Positions 25,716 through 39,400 of a DNA stretch of 64,000 nucleotides are shown piece after piece. This stretch comes from Vicugna vicugna (taxonomy: Eukaryota). Location of the stretch: assembly GCA_013265495.1 (NCBI GenBank), contig MU061579.1, positions 2,105,319 to 2,169,318 of the forward strand, read 5' to 3'. The notes under the pieces were generated by a model. It made no database searches. It was not told the DNA's origin and worked only from the letters and a program-made list of their open reading frames with translations. Position 1 is the stretch's first letter, and the number at the start of each line of letters is the position of its first letter. Made by a program: the position numbers and the translations under genes.

Positions 25716-27563
25716 CATTGAAGCCAAAACTCACTGTTTTCTAGAGATACACAATGAAGAACTCAGACATCACCTTTCCCCACTGCTTATTAGCGAATGC
25801 AATCAAAGGAACATATATTTAATTGATAGTATTTCTTAATCTGGGGATTACAATAAATTCTAGGCTTTTAAAAATGTATGTGATATATATCTTTTGGCAG
25901 GATGTGCAATTTTGTTAGATTCAAAAAAGGATCCAGATTTAAGTGTAAATTTATTGGGCTCAATTCTAACAACTTTGACTCTCTCTACCTTTATTCCTTT
26001 GTTTTATTGAATTTAACTTGAATGAAATCTTTTTTTATTTGTCTAAGTCTATTTCTGTCTAGTAAGGAAGTTGAAATTGATCACGCCTTGACTTTGTGGG
26101 CCATCAGAGAACCATGACATTCCAGGGTATTGATTTTGTGGTGTTAAAGGGTGACAGATCTAGTGTTAAAGTGCCGAGAGAGAATTGGGTTTCAGATTGT
26201 ACACCATAAGCAGTCTTGGCTTTTGCTGAGGCATGACTAGCTTTTTAAAGTAATGGAAGGAATTGTAAGTCTTTCGTAATTTTTCCTGCATATCCTTGGA
26301 AAGATTAATTTAAACCAGAAGTGCGTAATCACGCGTACAGGGAAAATGGTCCACGTGTGGTAAATACATACTCTGCATATCTGTATGCATACAGTTTAGA
26401 GTGCATGTATACATGTGGTTAAAGACAGTATACTCTGTGCTAAGAATATTGAGTAATGTTTCAAGTCGATATGACTAAACCTTTTCGAAATATATTTCTC
26501 CTCACATTTTGGAAGTCAATTGGTGATAACAAGTTTCGCTGTCTTTCACATCATTCTTATAATCATTATTTTGCATTTTGTTACTGTTGTGCTTTCACGT
26601 AGGTACTGCAGAATATGAGTTATGGTGCTCACAATTCAGAGAGGCCAGAGGTCTACAAGTGAAATGCTTGGCAATTTTTCGTTACCCTCTGGGACATGGG
26701 AGGTTGACAAGAACTATAATAGCTGCTCTAGACATGATCTGAGGAAGAGTAACCATGGTCATCTTTCAATGTCCCATTTGCCTCTCTATTTGTTCTTTTT
26801 CAGTTTAATGACCTTTAGTGGATGCACTGAAAATAACATTTTGATTATATGATTATTGTGTGGAAGACTCTACTGAGCTAAGTCCAAGTGTATCTCTGGA
26901 AACCAATCAGAGGTGTACCAGATTCTTTGACTTTAACCAATCCATCATAGTCATCTTTTAATTTATTTCCCCACATTTTTCCAAGTTCCCATTCTTGAAT
27001 AAGATTTTGACCTGCAAAGAATAGAATGTATTTTATAATGTATGTTTGTTCTGTTTTCTAACAACATAAGTATTTTGCTTAAGCAGATTTGCTAGAAAGT
27101 GACAGCTTTGAAAAATTGGACACAGGAGCCGCTGGAAGCATTTCAGTTCCAGGCAATCTAAATAGTGCAGAAGGGGAAAATGAAATATCACCGTGTTTTA
27201 AAGATGACAGTTTTGTCAAAGATTCCTTTTCACTCTTTGGCTTAAAACAAATAGAGTAAATCAAGTATATCTGTTCAAAATATGCGTGTGCACTCATGGA
27301 GGAAGCACCCCTTCCTAGGAAGGTTCCTTCAGAGACAACCAATGAGAGGATTACCTTTAAAACATGTTTCACGGATTGGGAAGACTTTCATTTTCTTGGC
27401 ATAATTATTATTTGGCACATTTTCAGGTCATGGGATTTCACTAGAACATAGTGGTGCCTTTAAAAAGAGAGGAAAAGGAGAATCTCCTGGTTTAACACCA
27501 TCTAAGTATATCATTATGGGCCTCTATCATGCTTTTTTAGAAATGCAATAATGTAATTATTAT

Positions 27564-27597
27564 TGTGTGTGTGTGTGTGCACATGCGTGTGTGAGAG
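27564..27597. repeat. (TG)n microsatellite, imperfect
   Basis: (TG)8 followed by 'cacatgcgtgtgtg'. Confidence 0.8.
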
Positions 27598-27749
27598 AGG
27601 TTTAAAAGCCTAAGGTTAGATGCTAAACATTTTATGAATATATTAAAAATGCAATAATATTCTCTAGATGAAAAATGTTGTTGAGTATATTTGAAAAGGT
27701 GTAGCAAGTTTGATAAAACCTGCTTTGAGAACAGTTGTATCGCTAACTG

Positions 27750-27962
27750 GAGAGGCAGTGGAGTGTAGTCTAGTTAAGAGCACAGACACCGAGGTGAGAC
27801 TTCTTGGGCTAAAAATTCCAGTGTCGTGATCCGGAGCAAGTTAATTTCTCCGTTCTTGAGTCCCTTCTTTGTTAAATGGGACTAATGATAGTATCTACTT
27901 CCTAGAGTCCACATACCGTTAGCCTGAGATCTCATAACACTCAACAGTGTTAGTTATTGTTG
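27750..27962 (+). mobile_element. MIR SINE
   Basis: 'gaggcagtggagtgtagt..gttaagagcacagac', 'gagcaagttaatt', 'aaatgggactaatgatagtatctacttc'. Confidence 0.75.
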
Positions 27963-29494
27963 GTAACTGAAAACTCTTACCATGTTATTAAGCCATGAAT
28001 AGAAAAGAATTTTTTTTTAAAAAAAAAGGTAATTCAGAGGATGAATTAAAAGCTCAATAATTTTCAGGAATTCTGCAACATACAAATCATGTTTCTTTCA
28101 GGACAATAGTAAATGAGTAGTGATCGCATGCTTTTTTTTCCCCCTAACAAAAGAAGCAGTGCTGATTGCCCCTTATGTCTTGTACATGTACTGTAATGTA
28201 CTTTGAGAGCTATACTGTAAGGAAGCCACTGGTCATTTCTATCTTTCAGATTCCATAAAATAATCAGTTAGCTGGTTTCATGTTCGTAGATTATTCTCAA
28301 TTTTTGTCATGTTACTTTTAGAGACTGTCTTATAAATGAATGTATATTTTGATTACAATCTGTTCCAATTCACCTTTGGCAAGAGTAGTTATGTTAGTAC
28401 CGTTACTTTCTGAAACAACTTTCGTTTAATATGCTGTGTTCATTGTCTGCGCCATTATATGCTTAAATTGTCTCTTATCAAAGAGGTAGCTGGTAGTATG
28501 TTTTATCGGGATTATCACCTAAATCTGTCCCATGAAAAAGATTGATTCATTATGGGTTCCATAAAAAAAAATCTTAAAACGTGATCTATTTATACATTTT
28601 ACTTCATTTTAGGGCCTATCGGCTTTTCATATTAATAGGATTGTCATTTTTTATGTATGAAAGGATTCTTGGTATGGTTTGGCTCAGAGCCATCACATTA
28701 CCTTTCCTTTTAACTCTTTGGAAACATTGACTTATGTTGATTGCATTAGTACGGGCTTAATTTTATTTCATGTCCAAGATGACAAAGGTCACTTCATTAG
28801 GTACCTCATTTGTCTTTCTTCCTAGTGGTTTTCTGGTATCCTATACTAAGTATCATATAAAAAAAAATGTTCTGCTTCCATTAAGAAAAAGTGGACAGAG
28901 AACAAAGCCAATTATTTGCAGCACATAAAATCCTTATGATAATTTGGTAGAGTTTAATTAAACTAATACATCACACTGCACTTATAAGACAAAGGAGTAA
29001 AAAAGGAGCAAATAATCTTTTTTATGTTAAAAAACACCATATTGCTTTTTGATTAAGCTCTTTAAGACTTGTGACCTACTTTAAGGTGTAAGATTTACAG
29101 TCCTTTACATAGGAAGCACGTTTTAAAAAAGTTCTATGTAATATTGATTGGGACCAGCCCCTCACCAAAATTTGAAGTGAAACTATGAAAATTTCTTATG
29201 ATTTTTCCAACTCTCCAAAATAAAAGTTTCTGCAAATTTTGCCCATGCAAAAAGCATTTTTATTACAAAGAATCTTATTTTGGTATTTAATGTACAGTCA
29301 CCATTGGTTGTTTTTTTTGGGCCCACTGACATTAATGCAAAGTCCACTATAAATGAAGAGCAAGTTTCTGTAACTTGCATATTGTCCCTGTATTTCACAA
29401 CTGGAATGTACTGAAATTAGAGCTATTTGGTCTTTATTTAAATAATCTCATTTCCCAACTTTCCATTTCCTTGAGATGTAATCTCATAAGATAC

Positions 29495-29668
29495 ATGGAA
29501 ATAAACCTCTGATTAGGAGTGAGGACATTTAGTTTTAATCCTAGGTCTGCAGTGTTATACTGAATGTGTCTTGTCGCCCCTCTGGGCCTCAGTATTATCA
29601 CTGGTAAAGTGAATAGTTTGGTAGAGGATGATTCCCGGTGACTTCCTTATCTCTCAAGTTATACTTCT
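29495..29668 (+). mobile_element. MIR3/MIRc-like SINE
   Basis: 'ttaatcctaggtctgc', 'cctctgggcctcagt..atcactggtaaagtga..ttggtagaggatgat'. Confidence 0.65.
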
Positions 29669-30654
29669 GCATTAGTTATTACTATAATACCTTTCTGTGT
29701 CCTGAAGGTCAGTACTTAATATGCTCATATGGATCATTAAATCAGTGCCACTTGGTATTTATGAAAGTATTTCTAAAAACATTTTTAGAAATTTCTGATG
29801 ATCAGAAAGCATAGCTTTTTAAAGCTGGTTAACCACAAATCATATTAAAAGAGAATTATATTCAACTTAGAAATGTATCTATTATTAACTAAGGCTCCAC
29901 ATACTCACTGGCAGTTCTTACACTTTCAACATTATCTTTCACGAGCAGGAAACTGGTTGGCTAGATTTTATCATTTTGTCCTAGCTCACATTTACATTTC
30001 CAAGACTCAGTTAATTCACTGGATATTTACTTCATTTTCTGGCTCGTGGATCAAACTCTTAGTGAGTTTATCCACCACCTGGAAACACTTTGACTGCTTT
30101 CTGCTCCCCTCTGTGAGTGTTTTAAGGCTCCCCAAGTAGCTCTCAATTTTTCAGGCACAGGATTACAATTTTAGTGGCATTTAACAACAGCCGAGTTTGC
30201 TATTCACTTTGTTTCATTAACAACTAGTCTCTGTTTCTCTCAGGCAGCTTATTGCTTTGGTATAGGAATACTAGCCAGTTCTGCTTCTATTTCCAAAGGT
30301 GACCAATACTATGGTCCAAAAAGGATAGTGATGATAGCTTAAGTTTGCATCATTTTACATTTTTATTATAAGCTTTAAGGACAGAAATGCATTAATGCTC
30401 AACTTTGGACAAACGTAATTGGAACTAGAAAGCTGGGATGCAGTCTAACGTTTTTGCTTGTATAGTGCACAGTTGTCTGTCTGCATTGATCTCTGTCCCT
30501 CTCTGATTCAGAAAGGGTGTTTCTGTAAAATACTTATTTAGAAGAAAAACAAGAAAAAAATTAAATCATGGATTAAGAACGACACACTTTAACATTAAAG
30601 AATAGGCTGTTCTAAACCAGAAATTAATTGCATTAGTTTTAGCAAATAGTTTTG

Positions 30655-30677
30655 TTTTTTTTTTTTTTTTTTTTTTT
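30655..30677. repeat. poly(T) tract, 23 nt
   Basis: Uninterrupted T run. Confidence 0.9.
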
Positions 30678-31892
30678 GCATTCTCTGGTTTTTGACAGTT
30701 ATCTTGATCTGTCTTGAACATCCAATTTAGGATGTTCAGGACAGTTTTGTTAGTGGTGGTGGTGGTGTTTAATTACTACATTGGTTCCTTTTATATGTAG
30801 ACTTGAGCTAAGGAGAGCGAGTAGAGAAAACGGCTCATGATGGAGTTGAGTGAAATTCCAGAAATCTCTGGGTTAGGCAAAGAAATTCTCTCGCTGCCTG
30901 CTGATCTCACCTCAGATCTTCACAATTTTGTTTCTTCTTGGAAGGCAAATTTCCCTCATTTCGGAAGATGTCAAGCTTCCCTGTCTTTTAAGACACAACT
31001 TAGGTTTCTTTAGCCAAAGAGCCCTCTTCTTCCTCCCCTCACCACAGTTCTCTCCTCGGGGCTCTCCTAGTTTTACCTGTGGGGCTTGTATCTTCCCCAC
31101 CCACCCCAAGATTAGTAATCTGTTGATGTGTATATATTTGCATATCTCTTCAAAAGATAAAGGATTCCTCAGAACTGGGATGGTGCTTTGTCAGTCCCCC
31201 CACGCCTCAGGCAGTGCCTTTCGTGTGACTGGGCTCTGTAACCTTTGGCTTGCCTTCTAACTGAGATTCCCTGATTCTCACAGTCAGCCAGTCAATGCAT
31301 ATTGATTGCTGGGCCATCCAACCTACTGCATTCTCTTGTTAGGCCCCAAATCATTCGCATTCTGTAGTCAGGGCCGAGTACAATTCCTAGGATGCGGGGC
31401 TGGTATGGTATTGTCCAGCCCTTTCCTTCCATGGCCAGTCGTCATTGACTCCCAATCTAACAGCCCTCTTTTCTAAAGAGTGTAGATTAAACAGTGCTGA
31501 TGAATGGCCTTCCTGTGTGTGTACACGTTTACAGGTGTAAATGGGTATAAACATCCTTTCTTTGATTGGATGGGATTTGTCTTCTGTGTTCCGTTCCTCT
31601 CCTTTTTTTTTTTCTTGGCAGTTTGGACAATTTTTGAGTATGTTGAAGCTGTTTCTTATATATTCACAAATTTAAGTAATTATGATAGAATCCTGAGTCT
31701 GATAAATACATAGGCTTCTAGGACTGAGCTTCCTAACACATTCATTTATAGTAGTTTAGGAATAAACTAAAAATCAGCATAATTTTGCTTATTATTTCTT
31801 AAACTGTGGCAAAAATGGAGATATTTGCAGTTATGACGTAGCTGTTTATTTTTTAAAAGATTCCAAGTCAGATTTAAGAAATAATTATTAGA

Positions 31893-32135
31893 AGACATAA
31901 TGTAGAAGAAGAAAATCTTTGACTAGGAGCCAAATGTCTTAGTTTGGGGCCCTGATTCTACCATTATCTATGTGATTTTTATGCAAGAAAATTAAGCTCT
32001 CTTTAATTCCCTCATATGTAAAATGAGCAAAATTATAATTGCTACTTCACAAGGACTTTGTGAGGTTTAGTTAGATAATTAAGTGTAATCTTGTAATAAA
32101 CATCTATATAGGTGATATAGTAGCTAATAATCATA
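31893..32135 (+). mobile_element. MIR SINE, near full length
   Basis: 'ctttgactaggagcca', 'cctgattctaccatt..tgtgat', 'ccctcatatgtaaaatgag', 'ctacttcacaagga..tgtgaggtttagttagataat'. Confidence 0.75.
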
Positions 32136-32764
32136 ATTGACAAGTTTTGGTACATCATTTATATAAAATCAAAATAAAGTAAAACACCAAAATACCATCC
32201 AGAATTGTCGTTCTCATAGTCCTTTCACCAAATCCTGTGTTTACCTTGTGTCCCGCTTTCTATTTCAAATGATTTGCCAGTATTTGTTTAAAACATAGAT
32301 AAATGTTCAGTGTTGATAATGGCCCTGCCCTGGTTCAGCTCCTATATCGTGAATTTTTGCTCTAAAATACGAATATCCACTTCCTGTTCCTAGATTGCAG
32401 AAACTACCGTCAATCTTGTTTTCTGTGTCATGGAATCGGCTCTGTTTTTCATTTGATACCTTTTACTTTTCCCTAGATCTGAACATCAGTCAGGGGGAAA
32501 AGATTATGAATATTCATAGACTCCTTTTACATATTGCCAATTACATGCAAACACATTCAACAGACACTTGCACCTTCTACACCAATTATGTAGGTGTGTG
32601 ATTTAGTTTTGAAGCATACCTAATAGAAGTAAGTAGAAAATAGATACATATTTCTCTCAAAATACATATATTTCCTTGAGTATGGTTTGGAAGTTTTTTT
32701 CAGAACTGTCAAGAGTGTGTTGATTCCTTTGTGTGAGTATTTAGTGTGTTCTTGCCCCTGAATC

Positions 32765-33260
32765 TGAATCCCATTCCTGTTCTGTGTGGAATTCAGCTCC
32801 TTTTCCTAGTGCGAGTCACCAGTTCTTGGCCAGGGAAGTCGGGAAAAGGAGAGCAAAGCTTTTATAAGTTGACTTTTTTTCTGATAATTTTTGATAATTA
32901 AATTCCAAGCTTATTTCAGTCTCTGTGGTTAGGAAATGGAAATGGAAACTGAGTGAGATACAGAGATGGCCTGGTGAAACGTGCTCCAGGAATGATTTGG
33001 TTGCATCTCATTGTGTGTCTGTGTCTGTGTGTGTGTGGCTCGTTGCGTGGGTAACAGAACAAACTGAGGAGAAAGCTTGAAAGGGGAAGACAAAGGCTGC
33101 ATCTATACGACTCCAGCAGAACTGGACCTGACTCAGAGATTGGTTCGGACTGATTTACTGGAGCCTGTCTCCTCAGCAGCAGTGATCTGAAAATTGCTTC
33201 CAGGGCCATCTTAATTAGCTGATTCAAGTCAAAACAAACACATCCTGGTAACATCCATTT
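32765..33260. promoter_or_regulatory. Candidate enhancer (ISRE, RUNX, AP-1, TEAD and NF-Y motifs)
   Basis: TGTGGTT 32924, GGAAATGGAAATGGAAACT 32932-32950, CATTCC ~32772, GGAATG ~32988, TGACTCA 33129, GATTGGTT 33138. Unique sequence. Confidence 0.4.
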
Positions 33261-34029
33261 CTACCCTGACCCTCACCAACAATTGTTTTCAGAATGGTGA
33301 TTCCTAAGTAGTTCTCCGCAGCCTCAATAAATGATTTGAGGTGTGCGCTTTTGTTTTTAAACATGAGTCTTTAATGGTGAGGAAAGAGTCCCTCTTTCTT
33401 GGCTTTAGTGACAGGCGGATATTAGTACATAGATGCGTTTATTCAGTGCATCAGAGCTTAAAACCACAAAAACGTGAAACCTGCCCTTACGTAGTTAATT
33501 TATGAAAGGAGAGCATTCTGTTCCTCAGGAACATTTTAATAAGAGGATTTCATTATGCCGCATGGCAGAATAGTGACGGTATTACTTAAATGCATTCTCT
33601 TTCTTGGATATGCTTTTAAATTAAAAGTATGTCAGGTCTTGAAAATAGAAAATGAAACATTTGGACACCTCTGATTTTCTATTTTTTTACTTGTTTATTC
33701 ATTTATTTAAAACCTTGCAGAAAGTCTTAGATAGTATCTTTCCTTTAAGGAAAGAAAATAATGACTATTATATAGAAAGGATTAAAAAGAGAAGGTTAAT
33801 GAAATTTTAGATGGACAGACTAAATTTAAGAAAGAATTAGGAAAAAATAATATGCCAGAAAAATAAAGAGCATTAACTACAGTTAAAAAAAGCGTCTCTT
33901 CCACAATCTATCATATGATAAATAATAGAAAGTGAAAGATAACCACATGATTTCAAAATATTAAAATTAGATAAAAGTGATACTGTGATGTGACAAGTAA
34001 TATGATTTCCTTAATTAGCCAGTCCCAAA

Positions 34030-34215
34030 CAGTCATTCACTTATTAAAGCAATAATTATTGAGGGCCAACTATGTGCCAACACGGAGAATGAAGTAGTAA
34101 ACAGTGGACGTGATGTTTGCCCTCGTGGAGTGCACTGTAGCCTTATGGAGGATGAAAATGTTAAATGAATAACTTAGTAAAAATAGGTAAACTGAAATAT
34201 TTGATAAATGCTGTG
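34030..34215 (-). mobile_element. L2 3' end
   Basis: 'tcattcac..aattattgagggccaactatgtgcca..tttgccctcgtggag'. Confidence 0.7.
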
Positions 34216-37200
34216 GCAACGACATATATAGATGAAATATAAACATAAGATAAACTATGTTCATTTTAAACTTACAGTTTAAATCATAGAGACTCACTTT
34301 ATCATCAATTCCGTGGTAAGTTTGTGCTTCTTGTGTAATTAGCCTGAGCATCCCAAGTTACGGTAACGTTTAGAGCTACTAAAGGAAGAAAAAATATTAA
34401 TTCTATTTCTAAGGAAAGATAAAAAATTTAATTAAAAAAATTAAGACATTTCATAGCTGCTTAGATTTATACAGCGCATATGGATAATCTGCAGTCAGAG
34501 CCATTTTTAAACATTGTCTTCTCTTGAATATAATTAATTTAAAAATTAACCATTTTTTTACATCATTTACTTTCAAAAATTAATTGGTTGATTATTCAGT
34601 GAAAGAAATAATCTACTTTTCTAATTTTGATTCTCACGTGCTGATGTGTTGTGACACTGGAAATTAGCACGATACTGATTTTTAAAAATTCTAATTCTTA
34701 AGGATTCTAATTCTTTCGGTAGTGAACTATATCACTTTTAGTTTATGGAAGTGATTTATTGTCTTTTTCGGCAATATTCAAACTCATGAAAGGTTTTACT
34801 GACATCAATTTCACCATCAAACTGGAAAGAGTATTCTGTGTATCTTTTGGCACTGAGAGGAAAAATAAGCCAGCTGGTCAGTTTCAAGTTCAGAGAACTA
34901 AATATTCAACACTATTTAAAACTCACCTTAGCACCAAAACATTTTGAAGGAGTATTATCATCACTTTTATTTGTGGAAAACATTGTCTTTTTATGGTCAT
35001 GACTTTGAAAGGGAGAGTAATTCATCCTTGACCAGAGATCAGCAGACCATTTGTTGATAGCGTGTAAATTGCTCAGATTTCTATAGACAGTGAGCTGTGT
35101 GATAATTGCATTTAGAGACTAAGAGCTACTTTGAAAGGTGTGAACATTCAGATCAAGCTCACTTCCGGGAGATCTTAGGGACAGTAAATTGTAAAAGCAG
35201 TGGTAACAAAATTACCATTTCAATCTTATTTGTATTTCCAGTGTAAATAAAACCAACAACTCCCCCTCCCCTGACCGCCCATCTCCTGGTGACACTTCAG
35301 AGCCTTCAAATGCTTGAAGCCCCAAACACAGTTAATTCCGTGTTTCTTTTACCATGCAAATATCTCTTGTCAGAGATAGCATCCAAGAGATTAGCCCAGC
35401 AGTATTGATCTCGATGCCCCAGGGTTGTTAGTTGTAGCTGGAGCTGTTATGTCTCCTTGACTTCTGAAAGAATACATCTTTCTGCAAAATACATCTGCAA
35501 ATACATCTTAAAGATGGAAGGAATACTATCAGTCAACATGTGCATCCAAGCTTTGGAACTAGGCTAGCAAAACCCTACTCACATCCCTGTAAAGCGGACG
35601 TATATTTTTGTATTTTTTATAGGTGGATACAGTGCAGACCACGAACCCCCCTGGCCACATTGAGGAATCGTGTAAAATGAATGTGTGTGCTCGTAAGTGA
35701 AATACATGTAATGTTCCAACTCAGTGTGTTGGATCCCAAAAGACTTGAATTTGTCTTGTGTAGAAAGAAATCGATTCCCAAGGGGCAGGACCGCTAGCTG
35801 ATTAAAATGAAGCTCTGATTTTGAAGAACACAAAAATGGCTTTAAAATAAAATCTCTGCAAAAAAGGAATCAAACTATACTTTGCAAACAACTGAAAAAG
35901 AAAATCAAGCTCTCAGTATGGAATAAAGAAGGGATGTGAGAGAGGTTTTGCAATCTTGTCAATTACTGTGGAGGAACAGAATAAAAAATCATCATCTCAG
36001 GAGTATGAAAAGAAGAACAGGAAGTCCCTTTCCTTCGGTTTGCGCTTGAATGGACTCAAGCAAAGGGTGGAGACATGTATCCTGTTACTGTTTATAGTTA
36101 ATAATGTGGAGATTAGTATAGATGTGATTTAATTTGCTTTGCTTGAGTTAATTGAATGCATTCTGTAGAAGTCACCTGAGCCTGTGCTAGATCAACAAAG
36201 AAAATGGAAATGTATACCTCAGGACTGAATTCCGAGAAAATGATGCTGTTCAATACTATTTAATGAGGGCCGAGGAAGAAATACTACTGCCAATCAGGGA
36301 AAGTGAGAAAATAGTGGACACGAGAGAAAATAAAATTTAGGTCATTCTGATATTTGTTGAAACATCACTTATTATGGTATAAAAGCAGAAGATCCCAATA
36401 TTTCTCACAGACATTCTACCAGTTTCTGACTGAATTTAACGTAAACCCTGTAAGTGTTAAAGGAATGTATGGCCATTATATCAATAGGAAACTGGCCTTT
36501 TAAATTTGTGGTCCTATGCATTTACGTATGCAGAGGAGGGCTTTTTGAATTTTATTAAAGATGAATTGCATGCAGGAAGTACCTCTTTGCATTACAGTTA
36601 CTTGCTCAGTTGAAGATACTATATAAAGTCTAATTTTTGTATGGGTGTGAGTGTATATGTATGCATTTGTGTGCGTGTGTACATATATAAGTGGAAGGAG
36701 GTAAAATTTAATGCTTGACTTTTGCACTTTGGTTTGTTACCTAGAATGTAAAGAGACAGAGTAAAGCCATTTCACATGGGTCATGATCGTTATGAAAGAT
36801 TATTATTCACAAAGGAAGCAGTTCTGAAAATAGAATGACTACTGCAACGGCTCTCCAATTAAGTGTAATATTTAATGCAATTGAGCCATTTAAATTAAGA
36901 TGGTAGCAATGTCTGAAAAATAATGAGAGTAGGCTCCAGTGAAATCAGTTTGAAGACAGTTGGAAAGTTGTGCTCTACTCCTTAAGGCCTCTTCTCTCAG
37001 TGACAGAGGATATGAATCACGGATGCTCTTGGAGATGAGACTCGGGAAATATTTGTTTTCTGACTACAACGTATTAATCTTCTAATAAGTTACATGTATT
37101 TTTTTCCACTTTCCTTCGATCAAAATTATGTAACAAGTCATCATATATCATAGAATAGTGAGTATTTAAAACAGACTGAAGTATTACATATTTTTTGTGG

Positions 37201-37654
37201 TCAGCATGTGCCATAATAATTTTGAAACTATTGTTCTTTGGTATTTGTATTCATTTCTCTTATCTTGCTGATTAACTTTATAGTCGGAATTTTTACCTCT
37301 TCTTTCTATGTGACAATCAACTGAAAGGTACCCTATCTATACTCTTACAGGGATTTTTGTCTTTATTTATGCTATTATAATAAGTTATACGTCTACAAAC
37401 TGTACAATTCCATTGTATTGAATATTTTTATGTGACCAAAATAATAATAAAAAAACCCTACTTTATAAAATTCCTTGTCTTTCCTACTTTAATAGTCTCT
37501 TAAAATGTAGTAGGACATTCAATATATTCATGTTGATGGCTTTTAGACGACGGCGTCTACATCTTTTAGACATCATTCTTTACCATTTGAGGGTGAAGAG
37601 CTTAGCCATTTAAGATAAAGAGCAAAGGTTTGACAGAGATAAACTGGAGAATGT

Positions 37655-37830
37655 TTGGAGAAAAGCACCCTAAACAGGGTCAGGAGTCTTGACTCCAGAT
37701 TTTACTCTGCCACCAAACAGCCAGACCTGAAGGATACTTTTTTTTTTTGAGTGTTCAGTTTTCTCATCCATAAATGATGAGTTTGGATTGCTCTATCAAT
37801 CTGAAGATCACTTAAATTCTTAAATCTTGA
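37655..37830 (+). mobile_element. MIR3/MIRc-like SINE
   Basis: 'gaaaagcac..gggtcaggag', 'ctctgccaccaaacagc', 'tcagttttctcatccataaatga..gtttggat'. Confidence 0.65.
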
Positions 37831-39239
37831 TAAGTTAACTTAATTCGTAGATTGATAACTTAGAAGTGTTACAGTGTGTTACGGAATACTGATTATATCA
37901 ACTTTCGATATTGATCATCTGTATTAAGAGAATCATGTGCTGTTTTCCACTTAAAGTGACCTAAGGCTCAACATATGCCTTAAGACCAAGAAAAAAAATA
38001 TGAATTTACAGTTGTTACTCTTCCAACCTTAGTTAGCCTTATTAGAAATATGTACTGAGGTATAAATAATCACATCTGGGATCAATGGCTCCCTCTAAGT
38101 TAATTGAACCAAGTGGCACCCAAGTGGAAAATCACTCAATTTGTATCAAAGGAAACCTTTTTGTACTGCACTGAGTTGAATGCATTCCCTGGCAGAATAT
38201 ATTAAAGTGCTAGAACCAGTTTTTCTTGCTCTTTACTCCGGAAGGATTGATCAGCACATGAAGGTCTGAGGGACTTCAAAGGAGTTTCTGGACTTGGATC
38301 AGCCTGGTTGGGTTCAGAGGAGGAGGAAACACTGGCCCCTGATGTTTATTGCTGTAGGCGCTTTCATCTAATAGTAATTCTCTGCTGAGGAGAAGCAACA
38401 GGCAGAGGAGTCCTGTAACTGTTACAATTTCACGATTAATGTTTAGTCATGAAGTGCCTCACACAGAAAAACGGTACTTTTATTTTAGTTTCCTGCTACT
38501 ACTCCAACTGGGAAAGGTCAGAGAAACAGTGGGAAGCAAAATGAAAGCAGATATATCATGTGGATTTTTTTTTTTTCATTGCAGCATACTGACTTGCAAA
38601 ATAGTGTCACTTTCAATATCACAATGATGGCATGGATAATCTTCAGGGATCCTTATTTAGAGAATTGGTCAGACTGAAATTGTTTTCATTTAGGTGAACT
38701 TCTGGCCCCTGATGAGGCTGATTTTGATAGTAAAATTTAATTTTGTCAATTTAATCTTGTCTTTACAAGAACAGAAATTTAGATGGGAGACTTGCAATCT
38801 TCCACCTACCAAGCCTCTCCCAAGTCCCTCTATCTCTACATAAAACTTCTACCCTTGCCTCTTGCCTCTATCCATTTGGGGGAAAAAAGGGAAAAAAGGT
38901 GGCAGGGAGAGGGAACTTAGTGCTCAAGGGAAATGGCTATATAGAGCAGTGGAACAACTGGGAATGAGAGTTACCAATTGAAAAGTTATACCCGGAATCC
39001 ATCAGATTGGATGCATATAGGTACACATTTCACCAAGATATAAAAGAAAAATTAAAATATTTTGAGGATTAAAATATGTTTCTAGTTTTAGTTCTTTTTA
39101 TTTTTTGGACTACTATAAGTCTGTTTCCCTGTTTTGGTAAATATAATGTAGTTGAACAGATTTTAATATTTCCTTGAGAACTTTTTAACTTTCAGCTCTG
39201 TGCAGATGGTATACTAGTTGCTACGTTCAATATGTATAT

Positions 39240-39400
39240 CAACCGCATGAGGCAGATACTATTACTGTCATGGTACCCATTTCACAGCTGAGGAAGATGA
39301 GAGAGTTTTGGTAGATTTGCAAAGCTACAGAATTAGCAGGAGGTAGTACTGGGCTTTGAGCCCTGTCACTCTGGTTTCAGAGGCGACACTCAACAGATGG
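39240..39400 (-). mobile_element. MIR SINE
   Basis: 'atgaggcagatactatt..cccatttcacagctgaggaa', 'ctgggctttgagccc..ctggtttcagag'. Confidence 0.7.

Noticed and set aside
30709..30751. Hairpin plus T-run as an intrinsic terminator or miRNA
   Set aside because: Rho-independent terminators do not apply to mammalian pol II DNA, and the stem is too short for a canonical pre-miRNA.
35896..36340. Purine-rich stretch with ATG-less open frames
   Set aside because: No convincing flanking splice sites and no recognisable homology; A-rich composition explains the K/E-rich translation.
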